Source: the human T2T-CHM13v2.0 reference genome, Homo sapiens. Taken from it: a stretch of DNA of 64,000 bases. A program made the position numbers and the translations under genes. Location: assembly GCF_009914755.1 (NCBI RefSeq), contig NC_060947.1, one strand, 5' to 3'. Within the stretch, counting starts at the first letter, position 1; every line of letters starts with the position of its first letter. Positions 1 through 13,971 of this stretch are shown here, one piece after another. The notes under the pieces are model-generated. The model did not search any database and was not told where the DNA came from. It was given only the letters and a program-made list of their open reading frames with translations.

Positions 1-91
1 ATTTCTTCATCCAATATGTTTTTCAGAAGTTTGAATTCTCTGTATTGATGTGTTTTGTGAGCTGTGTATCTCCTCCGGTCCCAGCCCAGCA

Positions 92-232
92 ATGGCTTCT
101 GATCTCACTCAGAGTAAAAGCCCAGTCCTTGTCCGGTAAGAGCCAACAGGATTTAATCTCTGGTTAACTCTCTGGCTTCCCCTCCAACATGTTGTCCTCT
201 CTTCTGCCCTCACTCTGCCAGAGCCAAACTGG
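92..232 (+). mobile_element. Degenerate L2 LINE fragment
   Basis: 'caatggcttc...cactcagagtaaaagcccagtcctt...cactctgccagagccaaactgg' resembles the L2 3' region (recall); boundaries approximate. Confidence 0.45.
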
Positions 233-683
233 AATCAGCTTATACTTTTAATAACATCTTCTGTTTCTGGGGTGATTGAGCTACATCATACATGACCACG
301 GCCACAGGTCTTTTCTTAAATCTTGTTCTTGATGGCAAGATATGACGGCTGTCTACGTTTGTTTGTTCGTCCCTTGTGCATGCCAGTGTTTGACCAAAGC
401 ATATCTGCCAACCTTATCCTGGAGTAGCATGTATATTGGTGCACTTTCCACTAGCAGCAACACTGGCATACCTGTCTAATGCTAAATTCTTGTTATGTAG
501 CCCACCATTTGAGAAGAAAAATGCAATCACTTGTCCCAGTTGAGCCCATTAGATTGGTGATGACAAGTGCCTTTCATCTTAGCATATTTATATTGCCTGC
601 TGGAAAAAAAAATGTGTTAAACTACCTACCGGTAGCCATTCATCTCTGCTTTTCTCTTTGCATCTGATTCCAACACACTTTCA

Positions 684-1419
684 TGTTACATGTAGTTAGA
701 CACACATGAGAGGGGCAGGAGAGTCCTTTTCCCCAACACCCACCGGGAATGTCACGTGATCGGGTGATGGTTCAACAATTATCACATTGCCTGTCTAAAA
801 ATGGTACTTTGGCACCTGGAGTCAGGGAGAGATAATCTCCTGCTCATCTACAGCTGTTAACATTAACGTGGTTAACTGAATGCCAGGTAGAAACAAAAAG
901 AGCTTCCAATAAAATCAAGTATTGTGGGACTGAGCTCAAGCATTGTGGGAGTGAGCTCAAGCATGTGAATTAAGACACAAAATGACGGAGTATGACCTTC
1001 CTATTGACACTTCACCAGAAAAGTGAAGAAAGCCTCAGGCGGGAATCCATACAACTTCCTAAACCCACTGTGCATGCTCACCTCCCAAGGGTAAGGAGGG
1101 TACTGTGCATGGGGCAGCACAGTACCCATGGGAAGAATCATGGGAAATGAGCCAGTCTATGAAGTTCCAGGATCAAGGTTAAACACCACACTTGAGCTTC
1201 ATATGCCCGCTTGGGCCTCTTCCAAGTGTACTTTCTTTTATGTTCTAAACGCTTTTTAAATAAATTTCCACTCCTGCTCTGAAACTTGCCTCGGTCTCTT
1301 TTTCTGCCTTCTGCCTCTCAGTGGAATTCTTTCTTCTGAGAAGGCAAGAATTAAGGTTGCTGCAGACCCGTGTCTGGATTCGCTGCTGGTGGTAGCTCAG
1401 ATACCTTACCCCGGTCACA
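684..1419 (+). mobile_element. Solo ERV1-class LTR, MER50-like
   Basis: TG...CA termini, 736 bp, 4-bp TSD TTCA at 680-683 and 1420-1423, AATAAA at 1259-1264; start TGTTACATGTAGTTAG resembles MER50 (recall). Confidence 0.85.
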
Positions 1420-1594
1420 TTCACAGTCCCTTTCTCCCGACTAACCCGTTTTGACTGTTTACTCCCTATTTGTAATATCTCCAGCAACCTAATCTGGGTT
1501 TTAGAAATGGAGTATTAAATATACCAATGGCTATATTTTCAGGGGCATTGTGACATTTCTAAGACATCACTATCTTGAAAAATCCAGCCTATTG

Positions 1595-2984
1595 ACACCA
1601 CACGTCTACAACTATCTGATCTTCGACAAACCTGACAAAAACAAGCTATGAGGAAACAATTCCCTATTTAATAAATAAAAATAAAAAGGAATAAAAAGCG
1701 TTTAGAACAAAAATCTAGGAAAACTGGCTAGCCATATGCAGAAAACAGAAACTGGACCCCTTCCTTATACCTTACACAAAAATTAACTCAAGATGGATTA
1801 AACCCTTAAAGGTAAAAGTTAAAACCATAAAAACCCTAGAAACATACCTAGGCAATACCATTCAGGACACAGGCAAGGGCAAATACTTTATGACTAAAAT
1901 GCCAAAAGCAATTGCAACAAAAGCCAAAATTGACAAATGGAATATAATTAAACTAAACAACTTCTGCACAGCAAAAGAAACTGCCATCAGAGTGCACAGG
2001 CAACCTACACAATGGGAGAAAATTTCTGCAATCTATCCATCTGACAAAGGTCTAATATCCAGAATCTACAAGGAACTTAAACAAATTTAAAAGAAAAAAA
2101 CAACTCCATCAAAAAGTGGGAAAAGGATATGAACAGACACTTCTCAAAAGAAGACATTTATGCAGCCAACGAACATATGAAAAAAAGCTCATCACCACTG
2201 GTCATTAGAGAAATGCAAATCAAACCACAATGAGATATTATCTCACGCCACTTAGAATGGCGATCATTAAAAAGTCAAGAAGCAACACATGCTGGTGAGG
2301 CTATGGAGAAATAGGAACGCTTTTCCACTGTTGATGGGAGTGTACATTAGTTTAACCATTGTGGAAGACAATGTGGCAATTCCTCAAGGATCTAGAACCA
2401 GAAATACCATTTGACACAGGCATCCCATTACTGAGTATACACCCAAAGGATTATAAATCATTCTACTATAAAGACACATGCACACGTTTGTTTATTGCGG
2501 CACTGTTCACAATAGCAAAGACTTGGAACCAACCCAAATGCCCATCAATGATAGACTGGATAAAGAAAATGTGGCACATACATGCTATGGAATACTATGC
2601 AGCCATAAAAAAGAATGGGTTCATGTCCTTTGCAGGAACATGGATGAAGCTGGAAGCCATCATTCTCAGCAAACTAACACAGGAACAGAAAACCAAACAC
2701 CGCATGTTCTCACTCATAAGTGGGAGTTGAACAATGAGAACACATGGACACAGCGAGTGGAATATCATGCACCAGGGCCTGTCGGGGTTGGGGGACAAGG
2801 GGAGGGAGAGCATTAGGACAAATACCTAATGCATGCGGGGCTTAACACCTAGACAAGGGGTTGATGGGTGCAGCAAACCACCATGGCACATGTATACCAT
2901 ATCACAAACCTGCATGTTCTGCACAGGTATCCCAGAACTTAATGTAAAATAAAATAAAATAAAGAAAGAAAAAATAAAAGGAAA
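1595..2984 (+). mobile_element. 5'-truncated L1PA (ORF2 C-terminus, 3'UTR, A-rich tail)
   Basis: ORF2 C-terminal peptides (ORFs 1890, 2359); 18-bp TSD GAAAAATCC(A/T)GCCTATTG at 1577-1594 and 2985-3002. Confidence 0.95.
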
Positions 2985-5034
2985 GAAAAATCCTGCCTAT
3001 TGGGCTCATTTATAGAACCACTTGAAAACCGCCCTTGTCAAGTAAAAATTTTCCAACAAGTAACCCCTTAGAAATGCAGCCTTCTTGTATACACATTATA
3101 GGATTTCATCAGTGTACAGGTGCACCAGGTGGCCTTGGGGTAAAGATAGATTAAAGATCATAAATAATTATCTGCATTTCAGTGTTAAGGCCCAGAAAGC
3201 TTCCCTTGCTTCCTTTTACCTCAGTGAATGCCCTCAGGCAATGCTTCTGGAGCCAGCTTACTCAATCTTTTCTCACCAGTAATGCCAGCCCTTCATTCCA
3301 GATTTTGTTGTTATATTTAACCCACCATATGCACTTGAAATCCTTACTTGAGAAAACTTGGAAAGTAGGGGAAGGTTTTCACAATAAATGAAAAAGTTGC
3401 CATAATTCTACAACCAATGTATAATGACTCTTAGTTCTTTAGTTTACTTCCCAATTGACTCTTTTCTATGGGAGTAAAATAATGTTGTATGCATGCTACT
3501 ATGATGATATTAAATGGTGTCACTTGCTACATTTCAGGTATTGTTGGGTATGTGTGGTTACTATCATAAATGACTTTCCTGTTTTCTTTCGCCCACCCAT
3601 CTTTCACAGAAAAAGATACTTAATATCAAAGTTAATCAGGTAATAAAAATTTTAATCATGGTGAGATACTATTTCTTTTCTATCAGATAACTCTTTGATT
3701 TGGGGACTAAAAAGGGTACTAGAAAATGACATCCTTAGGAAGTAATATCCGGGAAGCTCAGCTTGGCCAACTACGTAACACTGTGGCTATTTGAGGAAAG
3801 TGGTGATTTTGAAGAGAGGACTACATTGCCTTCTCAGGTGTGTCTCCTTTGCCCAGCTCCCATGGGATCAAATATGAATCCAGTGAGGGCTGCAAGTTAT
3901 ATTTATGAGTTCAGAAACAGTGCAAGTCACTTGGCACAGCCTAAATAACTCCATCTGAAAGCAGTTGGTCAGTGCAACTGGTGGGCCGGTGGTCAAAACA
4001 AAGGTTACTCTTGTGCCACCAGCACCAAGGAGCCATTCTTAGAGATGTCTGGTTATTCCTTGGTCCAGAGCCCTGAATTATCCTGTAGATGTGTCTGAAT
4101 CAGAACAGAGTAAATACCAAGTTAGCAGGAAAAGCTCATCACTACTCTCATTCCTATCTCTCCTCTGGCTGCTCACCTAGTGAGCTCTGCAGCAATATGC
4201 TTAGTAGCCCCAGCCAGGGTGTGATGGCCACCAATGTTATCACCAGGCTTAGACAGAGGAAGGCTTGATGTTATATTCTGACATACAGTGCCATATCCTT
4301 ACCTGAGAATGGAATGGAATGACAAAGGAGATCTGAATTATGGGTGTGAGAAAAGTTTCAGACAATTCTGAGTGAAAAATTAGTCCAATTCCTAAATGAC
4401 CAAATTGTTCTGATTAGTTAGAAAAAAAGCACAACGGAGGCAGAAACTTTTCTACATTTCTAGCTGAGAAAATTTAAAGATGGGGCTTGAATTACCAAGT
4501 GTTAATAGTATTTAAAAATGTTTTATGTTTCTATGAAAAATTGCTCTGTGACTATAAGAAAGTAAAACAAGAAAGAAGGAAGAAAGGAAGCATTGAGACA
4601 GAGTAAACAAAGCCAATGAAGGGAAGGAGAAAACAGGGACGATATATAGAGAAAAAGCATGGGCTCAGTTCATTTTCCTCTTTAAAATCCAGAGCTACCT
4701 GCCTCTAAAGTTCAAAGTCTTGTCTATAACATCCTGGTGTTGTGCTTTCTGAGTGGGGCTTTCAGAACTTCCCTTGGGGAAAGCCTATGATGCACTGCAA
4801 AGAGATGGGCATGTCTGAGGTCAGTGCACATCCAGTGTGATAGCCCCAACTCACCACAGTATCAAGGAGTTGCAGCTGGACCCACAAGTACTAGGGCTAA
4901 CATATGCCTATTTCTCCCCCATGCTCAACCTAGGTATCTCCCTTAGCAGATGTGGAGCAAAATAACCTTTGCAGAAAATAATCTTAGAGCTTAAACCTGA
5001 GCTATGTCTGGAAAGTCCATGGCATTCTGAATAA

Positions 5035-5270
5035 TCTATAATTTACTGAGCATTTGCTGTATTCTAGTCCCTGTGCTAAGAGCTCATACATTCATGTCTT
5101 ATATAATTCCATCATTGAAATAAGCACATAAGTCAAATGTGTCTGTAATCTTCACTTTCAAAGTGAAGAAGCCAAGACTCTGCATTTAAGAGACTTGCCT
5201 AAGTTCACATAGATAATAAAACTCAGTTGCCTCCGAAATAAAAGATGACATAACTTTAACCACAAACCAT
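5035..5270 (-). mobile_element. MIR SINE, degenerate
   Basis: 'atttactgagcattt...ctgtgctaag...gacttgcctaagttcacatag' matches the MIR core in antisense; boundaries approximate. Confidence 0.6.
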
Positions 5271-5370
5271 CATGGCCCTGAAACTATGAGAGTAAGGTTG
5301 GTAACTTCCAAGGAGGAGGTGAATTTAAATCTATCCTGATTCCAGATCATTTGTACTGCCCCTGGTATAG

Positions 5371-5778
<408 letters not shown>

Positions 5779-6347
5779 TAACACAGACTGGTATGGGACA
5801 GTCTGAGTCTTATGTGATCCATACTCAGCAGTTAACAATAATTATTTCTGTACCCTTACCTATGGAAGACATTCAATCAAAAGTGGCAATTGCTAAGGTT
5901 TTCATGGGAACTTAATGTGTCAGGAGATTTTAACCTTAACCTTAAGATGTATTCACTTCAGGAGTCAAGCGCCTTCCAGCATGGTCACAGGATAGTTTTC
6001 ATGTCTTTGTCTTCCAGTAATGCTTTGAATGTATTCTCATTAATCCATTCATGCAACAAAAAGTCATGGCACTCCTCTAATATGTGTCAGCCACTGTGCT
6101 ATTCCTTGGAATCACTATCATTATAATTACTACTGTCTTTTTTTTTTTTTGGTAATGGTCAGTTTTAGTATAACAATATATCTCACTAGGATGAGTGCAT
6201 TATAAGAGGGTACTGTGCATTTTTCATCACTACATGTCTAGGTCTTAGACACATATGGACATAGCTCTGAGTAGGCGATCAACAAATATGGGGGATTAAA
6301 TGACAAATTTCATGGGGTATATAGCGTATGTAAGAAATAAGGAACAC

Positions 6348-9300
6348 TGGAGCCCTGGCTGGCAAGATGGCCAAATAAGAACACCTCCAGTCTGCAGCTC
6401 CCAGCGAGATCAATGCAGAAGGTGGGTGATTTTTACATTTCCCACTAAGGTACCCAGTTCATCTCACTGGGACTGGTTGAACAGTGGGTGCAGCCCAAGG
6501 AGGGTGAGCCAAAGCAGAGTGGGGTGTTGCCTCACCAGGGAAGCGCAAGGGGTCCGGGAGCTCCCTCTCCTAGCCAAGGGAAGTCATTAGGGACTGTACT
6601 TTGCACTTAGGCCCAGATACTGTGCTTTTCCCACAGTCTTGGCAACCCACAGACCAGGAGATTCACTCTGGTGCCCACGCCACCAAGGCCCTGGGTTTCC
6701 AGCACAAAACTGGGCGGCCATTTGGGCAGACACTGAGCTAGCCGCAGAAGTTTTTCATACCCCAGTGGCACCTGGAACGCCAGCAAGACAGAACCGTTCA
6801 CTCCCCTGGAAAGGGGGCTGAAGCCAGGGATCCAAGTGGTCTGGCTCGGTGGGTCCTACCCCCACGGAACCCAGCAAGCTAAGATCCACTGGCTTGAAAT
6901 TCTCGCTGCTACCACAGCAGTCTGAGCTCGACCTGGGATGCTCCAGCTTGGTGGGGGGAAGGGCGTCTGCCATTGCTGACGCCTGAGTAGATGGTTTCAC
7001 CCTCACAGTGTAAACAAAGCCGCCTAGAAATTCCATCTGGGCAGAGCCCACCACACCTCACTCAGCAAGGCCACTGCAGCCAGACTGCCTCTCCAGATTC
7101 CCTCCTCTCTGGGCAGGGCATCTCTGAAAACAAGGCAGCAGCCCCATTCAGGGACTTATAGATAAAACACCCACCTCCCTGAGACAGAGCACCTGGGGGA
7201 AGGGGCGGTTGGGGGCACAGCTTCAGCAGACTTAAACGTCCCTACCTGGCAGCTCTGAAGAGAGCAGCGGATTTCCCAGCACAGTGTTCGAGCTCTGATA
7301 AGGGACAGACTACCTCCTCAAGTGGGTCCCTGACCCCCATGTATCCTGACTAGGAGGCACCTCACAGTAGGAGCACCACCTCAAACAGGAGAGCTCTGGC
7401 TGGCATCTGGCAGGTGTCCCTCTAGGAAGAAGCTTACAGAGGAAGGAACAGACAGCAATCTTTGCTGTTCTGCAGCCTCCGCTGGTGATAACCAGGCAAA
7501 CAGGGTCTGGAGTGGACCTCCAGCAAACTCCAGCAGACCTGCAGCAGAGGGGCCTGACTGTCAGAAGGAAAACTAATAAAGAGAAAGGAATAGTATCATC
7601 ATAAACGAAAAGGACATCAATTCAGAGACCCCAGCAGAAGGTCACTGACTTCAAAGACCAAAGGTACATAAATCCACAAAGATGGGGAGAAATCAGAATA
7701 AAAAGGCTGAAAATTCCAAAAACCAGAACGCCTCTTCTCCTCCAAAGGATCACAGCTCCTCTCCAGCAAGGGAACAAAACTGGATGGAGAATGAGTTTGA
7801 TAAATTAATAGAAGTAGGCTTCAGAAGGTAGTTAATAACAAACTCCTCCGAGCTAAAGGAGCATGCTCTAACCCAATGCAAGGAAGCTAAGAACCTTTAA
7901 AAAGGATAGACGAATTGCTAACCACAATAACCAGTTTAGAGAAGAATATAAATGACCTGATGGAGTTGAAAAACACAGCACAAGAGCTTTGTGAAGCATA
8001 CACAAGAATCAACAGCTGATTCGATCAAGCAGAAGGAAAGATAGCAGAGATTGAAGATCAACTCAAAGAAATAAAGTGAGAAGACAAGATTAGAGGAAGA
8101 AGAGTGAAAAGAAACAAAGCCCTCAAGAAACATGGGACTATGTGAAAAGACCAAGTTTGTGTTTGATTAGTGTACCTGAAAATGACAGGAAGAATGAAAC
8201 CAAGTTGGAAAACACTCCTCAGGATATTATCCAGGAGAACTTCCCCAACCTAGCAAGGCAGGCCAACAATCAAATTCAGGAAATACAGAGAACACCACAA
8301 AGATAGTCTTCAAGAAGAGCAACCCCAAGACACGTAATTGTCAGGTTCACCAAGGTTGAAATGAAGGAATAAAATACTACTAAGGGCAGCCAGAAAGAAA
8401 GGTTGGGCTACCCCCAAAGGGAAACCCATAAGACTAACAGTGGATCTCTTGGCAGAAACCCTACAAGCCAGAAGAGAGTGGGGGCCAATATTCAACATTC
8501 TTAAAGAAAAGAATTTACAACCCAGAATTTCATGTCCAGCCAAACTAAGCTTCATAAGTGAAGGAGAAATAAAATCCTTTACAGACAAGCAAATGCTGAG
8601 AGATTTTGTCACCACCTGGCCTGCCTTACAAGAGCTCCTGAAGAAAGCACTAAACATGGAAAGGATCAACCGGTACCAGTCACTACAAAAACATACCAAA
8701 TTGTAACGACTATCGACACTATGAAGAAACTGCATCAACTAGTGGGCAAAATAACCAGCTAGGATCACAATGACAGGATCAAATTTACACATAACAATAT
8801 TGACCTTAAATGTAAATGGGCTGAATGCCCTAATTAAAAGACACAGACTGGCAAATTGGATAAAGAGTCAAGAATACAGCATCAGTGTGCTGTATTCAGG
8901 AGATGCATCTCACGTGCAAAGATACACATAGGCTCAAAATAAAGGAAGGGAGGAATATTTACCAAGCAAATGGAGAGCAAAAAGGAAAGCAGGGGTTGCA
9001 ATCCTAGTCTCTGATAAAACAGACTTTAAACCAACAATGACCAAAAAAGACAAAGATGGGCATTACATAATGGTAAAGGGATCAATACAATAAAAAGAGC
9101 TAACTATCTTAAATATATATGCACCCAATACAGGAGCACCCAGATTCATAAAGCAAGTTCATAGAGACCTACAAAGAGACTTAGACTCCCACACAATAAT
9201 AGTGGTAGTCTTTAATACCTCAATGTCAATATTAGAAAGATCAATGAGACAGAATATTAACAAGAATACCCAGGACTTCAACTCACCTCTGGACCAAGCA

Positions 9301-12300
9301 GACCTAATATACATCTACAGAACTCTCCACCCCAAATCAACAGAATATACATCTTCTCAGCACCACCGTGCACTTATTCTAACATTGACCATATAAATGG
9401 AAGTAAAACACCCCTCAGCAAATGCAAAAGAACGGAAATCATAACAAACAGTCTCTCAGACCACAGTGCAATCAAACTAGAAGGTAGGATTAAGAAACTC
9501 ACTCAAAACCACACAACTACATGGAAACTAAACAACTTGCTCCTGAATGACTACTGGGTAAATAGCAAAATGAAGGCAGAAGTAAAGATGTTCATTGAAA
9601 ACAGTGAGAACAAAGACACAATGTACCAGAATCTCTGGGACACAGCTAAAACAGTGTTTAGAGAGAAATTTATAGCACTAAATGCCCATAAAAGCAAGCA
9701 GGAAAGATCTAAAATCAACACCCTAACATCACATTTAAAAGAACTGGAGAAGCAGGAGCAAAAAATTCAAAAGCTAGCAGAAGTTAAGAAATAACTAAGG
9801 TCAAAGAAGTGAAGGAGATAGAGACACAAAAAAACCTTCAAAAAATCAATGAATCCAGGAGCTGTTTTTTTGAAAAGACCAAAAAAATAGACCACTAGCC
9901 AGACTAATAAAGAAAAAAAGAGAGAATAATCAAATAGATGCAATAAAAATTATAAAGGGGATATCACCACTAATCCCACAGAAATACAAACTACCATCAG
10001 AGAATACTATAAACACTTCTATGCAAATAAACTAGAAAATCTAGAAGAAATGGATAAGTTCCTCGAAACATACACTCTCCCATGACTAAACCAGGAAGAA
10101 GTTGAAACCCTGAAGAGACCAATAACAAGGTCTGAAATTGAGGTAGCAATTAATAACCATAAAATGTCCAGGACCAGACGGATTCACAGCCAGATTCTAC
10201 CAGAGGTACAAAGAAGAGCTGGTACCATTCCTTCTGAAAATATTCCAAACAATAGAAAAAGAGGGAATCCTCCCTAACTCATTTTATGAGGCCAGCATCA
10301 TCCCAATACCAAAACCTGGCAGAGACACAACAAAAAAAGAAAATTTCAGGCCAATATCCCTGATGAACATCGATGCAAAAATCCTCAATAAAGTACTGGC
10401 AAACCGAATCCAGCAGCACATCAAAAAGCTTATCCAACACGATCAAGTTGACTTCATCCCGGGGGTTGCAAGGCTGGTTCAACATATGCAAATCAATAAA
10501 CGTAATCCATCACATAAACAGAACCAATGACAAAAACCACATGATTATCTCAATAGATGCAGAAAAGGCCTTCCATAAAATTCAACAGCCCTTCATGCTA
10601 AAAGCTTTCAATAAACTAGGTATTAATGGAAGATATCTCAAAATAATAAGAGCTATTTATGATAAACCCACAGCCAATATCATACTGAATGGGCAAAAAC
10701 TGGAAACATTCCTGTTGAAAAGCAGCACAAGATAAGGATGCCCTCTCTTAACAATTCTATTCAACATAGTATTGGAAGTTCTGGCCAGGGCAATTAGGCA
10801 AGAGAAAGAAATAAAGGGTATTCGATTAGGAAAAGAGGAAGTCAAATTGTCCCTGTTTGCAGATGCCATGAATGTATATTTAGAAAACCCCATCATCTCA
10901 GCCCAAAATCTCCTTAAGCTGATAAGCAACTTCAGCAAAGTGGCAGGATACAAAATCCATGTACAAAAATCACAAGCATTCCTATACACCAATATAGCAG
11001 ATCAACAGAGAGCCAAATCATGAGTAAACTCCAATTCACAATTGCTACAATGAGAACACAATACCTAGGAAAACAGCTCACAATGAATGTGAGGGACCTT
11101 TATAAGGATAACTAAAAACCACTGCTCAAGGAAATAAGAGAGGACACAAACAAATGTAAAAATATTCCATGCTCATGGCTAGGAAGAATCAATATCGTCA
11201 AAATGGCCATATTGCCCAAAGTAATTCATAGATTCAATGCTATGCCCATCAAGCTACCATTGACTGTCTTCACAGAATTGGAAAAAACTACTTTCAATTT
11301 CATATGGGACCAAAAAAGAGTCCGTATAGCCAAGACAATCCTAAGCAAAAACAACAAAGCTGGAGGCATCACATTACCTAACTTCAAACTATACCATAAG
11401 GCTACATTAACCAAAACAGCATGGTACTGCTACCAAAACAGATATATAGACCAATGGAACAGAACAGAGGCCTCAGAAATAACTCCACATGTGTACAGCC
11501 ATCTGATCTTTGACAAATCTGACAAAACAAGCAACGGGGAAAGGATTCCCTACTTAATAAATGGTGTTGGGAAAACTGGCTAGCCATACGCAGAAAGCTG
11601 AAACTGGATCCTTTCCTTACACGTTATACAAAAATTAACTCAAATGATTTAAAGACTTAAATGTAAGACCTAAAACCATAAAAACCCTAGAAGAAAACCT
11701 AGGCAATATCACTTAGGACATAGGTATGGGCATAGACTTCATGACTAAAACACCAAAAGCAATGGCAACAAAAGTAAAAATTAACAAATGGGATCTAATT
11801 AAATTAAAGAGCTTCTGCACAGCAAAAGAAATTATCATCAGAGTGAACAGGCAACCTACAGAATGGGAGAAAATTTTTGCGATCTATCCATCTAACAAGG
11901 GTCTTATATCCAGAATCTACAAAGAACTTAAACAAATTTACAAAAAAACCCAAAAACCAAAAAAAAAAAAACCAAACAACCTTATCAAAAAGTGGGCAAA
12001 GGATATGAACAGACACTTCTCAAAAGAAGACATTTATGCAGCCAAAAAACATATGAAAAAAAGTTAATCATCACTGGTCATTAAAGGAATGCAAATCAAA
12101 ACCACAATGAGATACCATCTCATGCCAGTTAGAATGCCAATCATTAAAAAGTCAGGAAACAACAGATGCTGGAGAGAATGTGGAGAAATAGGAACACTTT
12201 TCCAATGTTGGTGGGAGTGTAAATTAGTTCAACCATTCTGGAAGACAGTGTGGTGATTTCTCAAGGATCTAGAACTAGAAATACCATTTGACCCAGCAAT

Positions 12301-12814
12301 ACCATTACTGGGTATATACCCAAAGGATTATAAATCAGTGTACTATAAAGACACATGCACATGTATGTTTATTGTGGCACTGTTCACAATAGTCAAGACT
12401 TGGAACCAACCCAAATGCTCATCAATGATAGACTGGATAAAGAAAATGTGGCACATATACACCATGGAATACTATGCAGCCATAAAAAAGGATGAGTGTA
12501 TGTCCTTTGCAGGGACATGGATGAAGCTGGAAGCCATCATTCTCAGCAAACTAACACAAGAACAGAAAACCAAACACCGCATGTTTTCACTCATCAATGG
12601 GAGTTGAACAATGAGTACACATGGACACAGGGAGGGGAACATCACACACTGGGGCCTGTTGGGGGGTAGGGAGCTAGGGGAGAGAGAGCATTAGGAGAAA
12701 TCCCTAATGTATGTGATGGGTTGATGGGTGCAGCAAACCACCATGGCACGCGTATAACTATGTAACAAACCTTCATGTTCTGCACATGTACCCCAGAACT
12801 TAAAGTATATATAT
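6348..12814 (+). mobile_element. Full-length inactive L1 (L1PA7/PA8-like)
   Basis: 5'UTR with YY1 motif CAAGATGGCC at 6363; ORF1 remnant about 7682-8706; ORF2 remnant about 8770-12607 with many stops and frameshifts; perfect 15-bp TSD AGAAATAAGGAACAC at 6333-6347 and 12815-12829. Confidence 0.96.
6755..6973 (-). other. ORF0-like antisense ORF in the L1 5'UTR (72 aa)
   Basis: ATG at 6973 in context gcaATGg; MADALPP..SDCC..SVGVGPTEP resembles L1 ORF0 (MAGAPPP..SDCC..SVGVGPSEP, recall); open to the stop at 6755. Confidence 0.6.
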
Positions 12815-13576
12815 AGAAATAAGGAACACACAAAGGAGATAACATGTAAACTAAATGAAATGCAAGCCCCACTAAGGGTAAAGCGATGGTATCACACTGA
12901 AAGTGGATACCATCTCTTGTGCTACCCTAAAATGCTCTGCAAAATGAACCATGGTCTCTACACTAAGATATTAATACATCTTAGATAGGATGGCGAAATT
13001 ACATCCAGCTGTATAATGGGAGCCCTCTCTTATCAATCTCAGGTCTCTTTGAGGCCTGGTCTGTTGATTGTGACATAATCTCCTACAACACCAGGGACAG
13101 CGTAAGTGAGATGTGAAAGATAAATATCTCCATGGAAGGAAGGAAGCCCTTCCTTCTAGGATACTTTCTACTCTGACTCACTGGCCTCTCTTGCCGGTTT
13201 CTCAAAGTATAAAATTTTTGTACCCTCAAAACCTGCTTGCACAAAACCTACATGCTCCCTAAGTATGCACAAGGTTGAAGGGACAACTTTGCTTCCCAGT
13301 TTCCCCAGGGATAGTAGAATTTATCTGTGAGTTCTGTTGATTGGGCCCATCTCATATTCTTCAGGTTCCATTTATTTATAAGACATTGCTGCTTTCAATG
13401 TGTCATCAAATCTTTCTGCTCTCCAAGAAGCCTGAAATATCTTATGGTCCTTGGTACAGTGTTCAAGGATCATGCAGGGCTTTTTTTTTTTTTTTTTCAG
13501 TTGTGCTGCAGATAGCATGAGGGAGCAGCCCATAGTTTCTGCATGCAGCTGCTTATTACAGTAAATAAAATCATAG

Positions 13577-13971
13577 TATCTTAGTTCATTTGTGCTGCTT
13601 TAACAAAATACTACAGACTAGGTAATTTATAGACAGTAGACGTTTATTTATCACAGTTCTGGAGGTTTGGAAATCCAGGATCATGGCACCAGCTGGTGAG
13701 GGCTTGGCCTCTCTGCTTCTATGAATGATACTTTGTTGTTGCATCCTCTTGAGGGTAGGAACTCTGTGTTGTCTGTCGCATGGCAAAGGGAACAGACAAG
13801 GCAACAAGGGGTGAACTTCCTCTTCAGGCCCTTTTATAAGATTGCCTGATCCCATTCATGAGGGCTCTACCCCAATCACCTCCCAAAGGCCACAACTCCC
13901 AATACTGTTGCTCTGGGGATGAAGTTTCAAAGTCAGTTTTGGAGGGGACAAAAACATTTATACTATAGAGC
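13577..13971 (-). mobile_element. ERVL-MaLR solo LTR (MST/MLT1A-like)
   Basis: 'ttagttcatttgtgctgct..tcacagttctggagg..aatcacctcccaaaggcc..ttttggaggggaca' is typical antisense MaLR LTR sequence. Confidence 0.8.

Noticed and set aside
240-680. Possible processed pseudogene in non-repeat-looking sequence
   Set aside because: The frames I translated gave no recognisable protein, and I found no poly(A) or TSD
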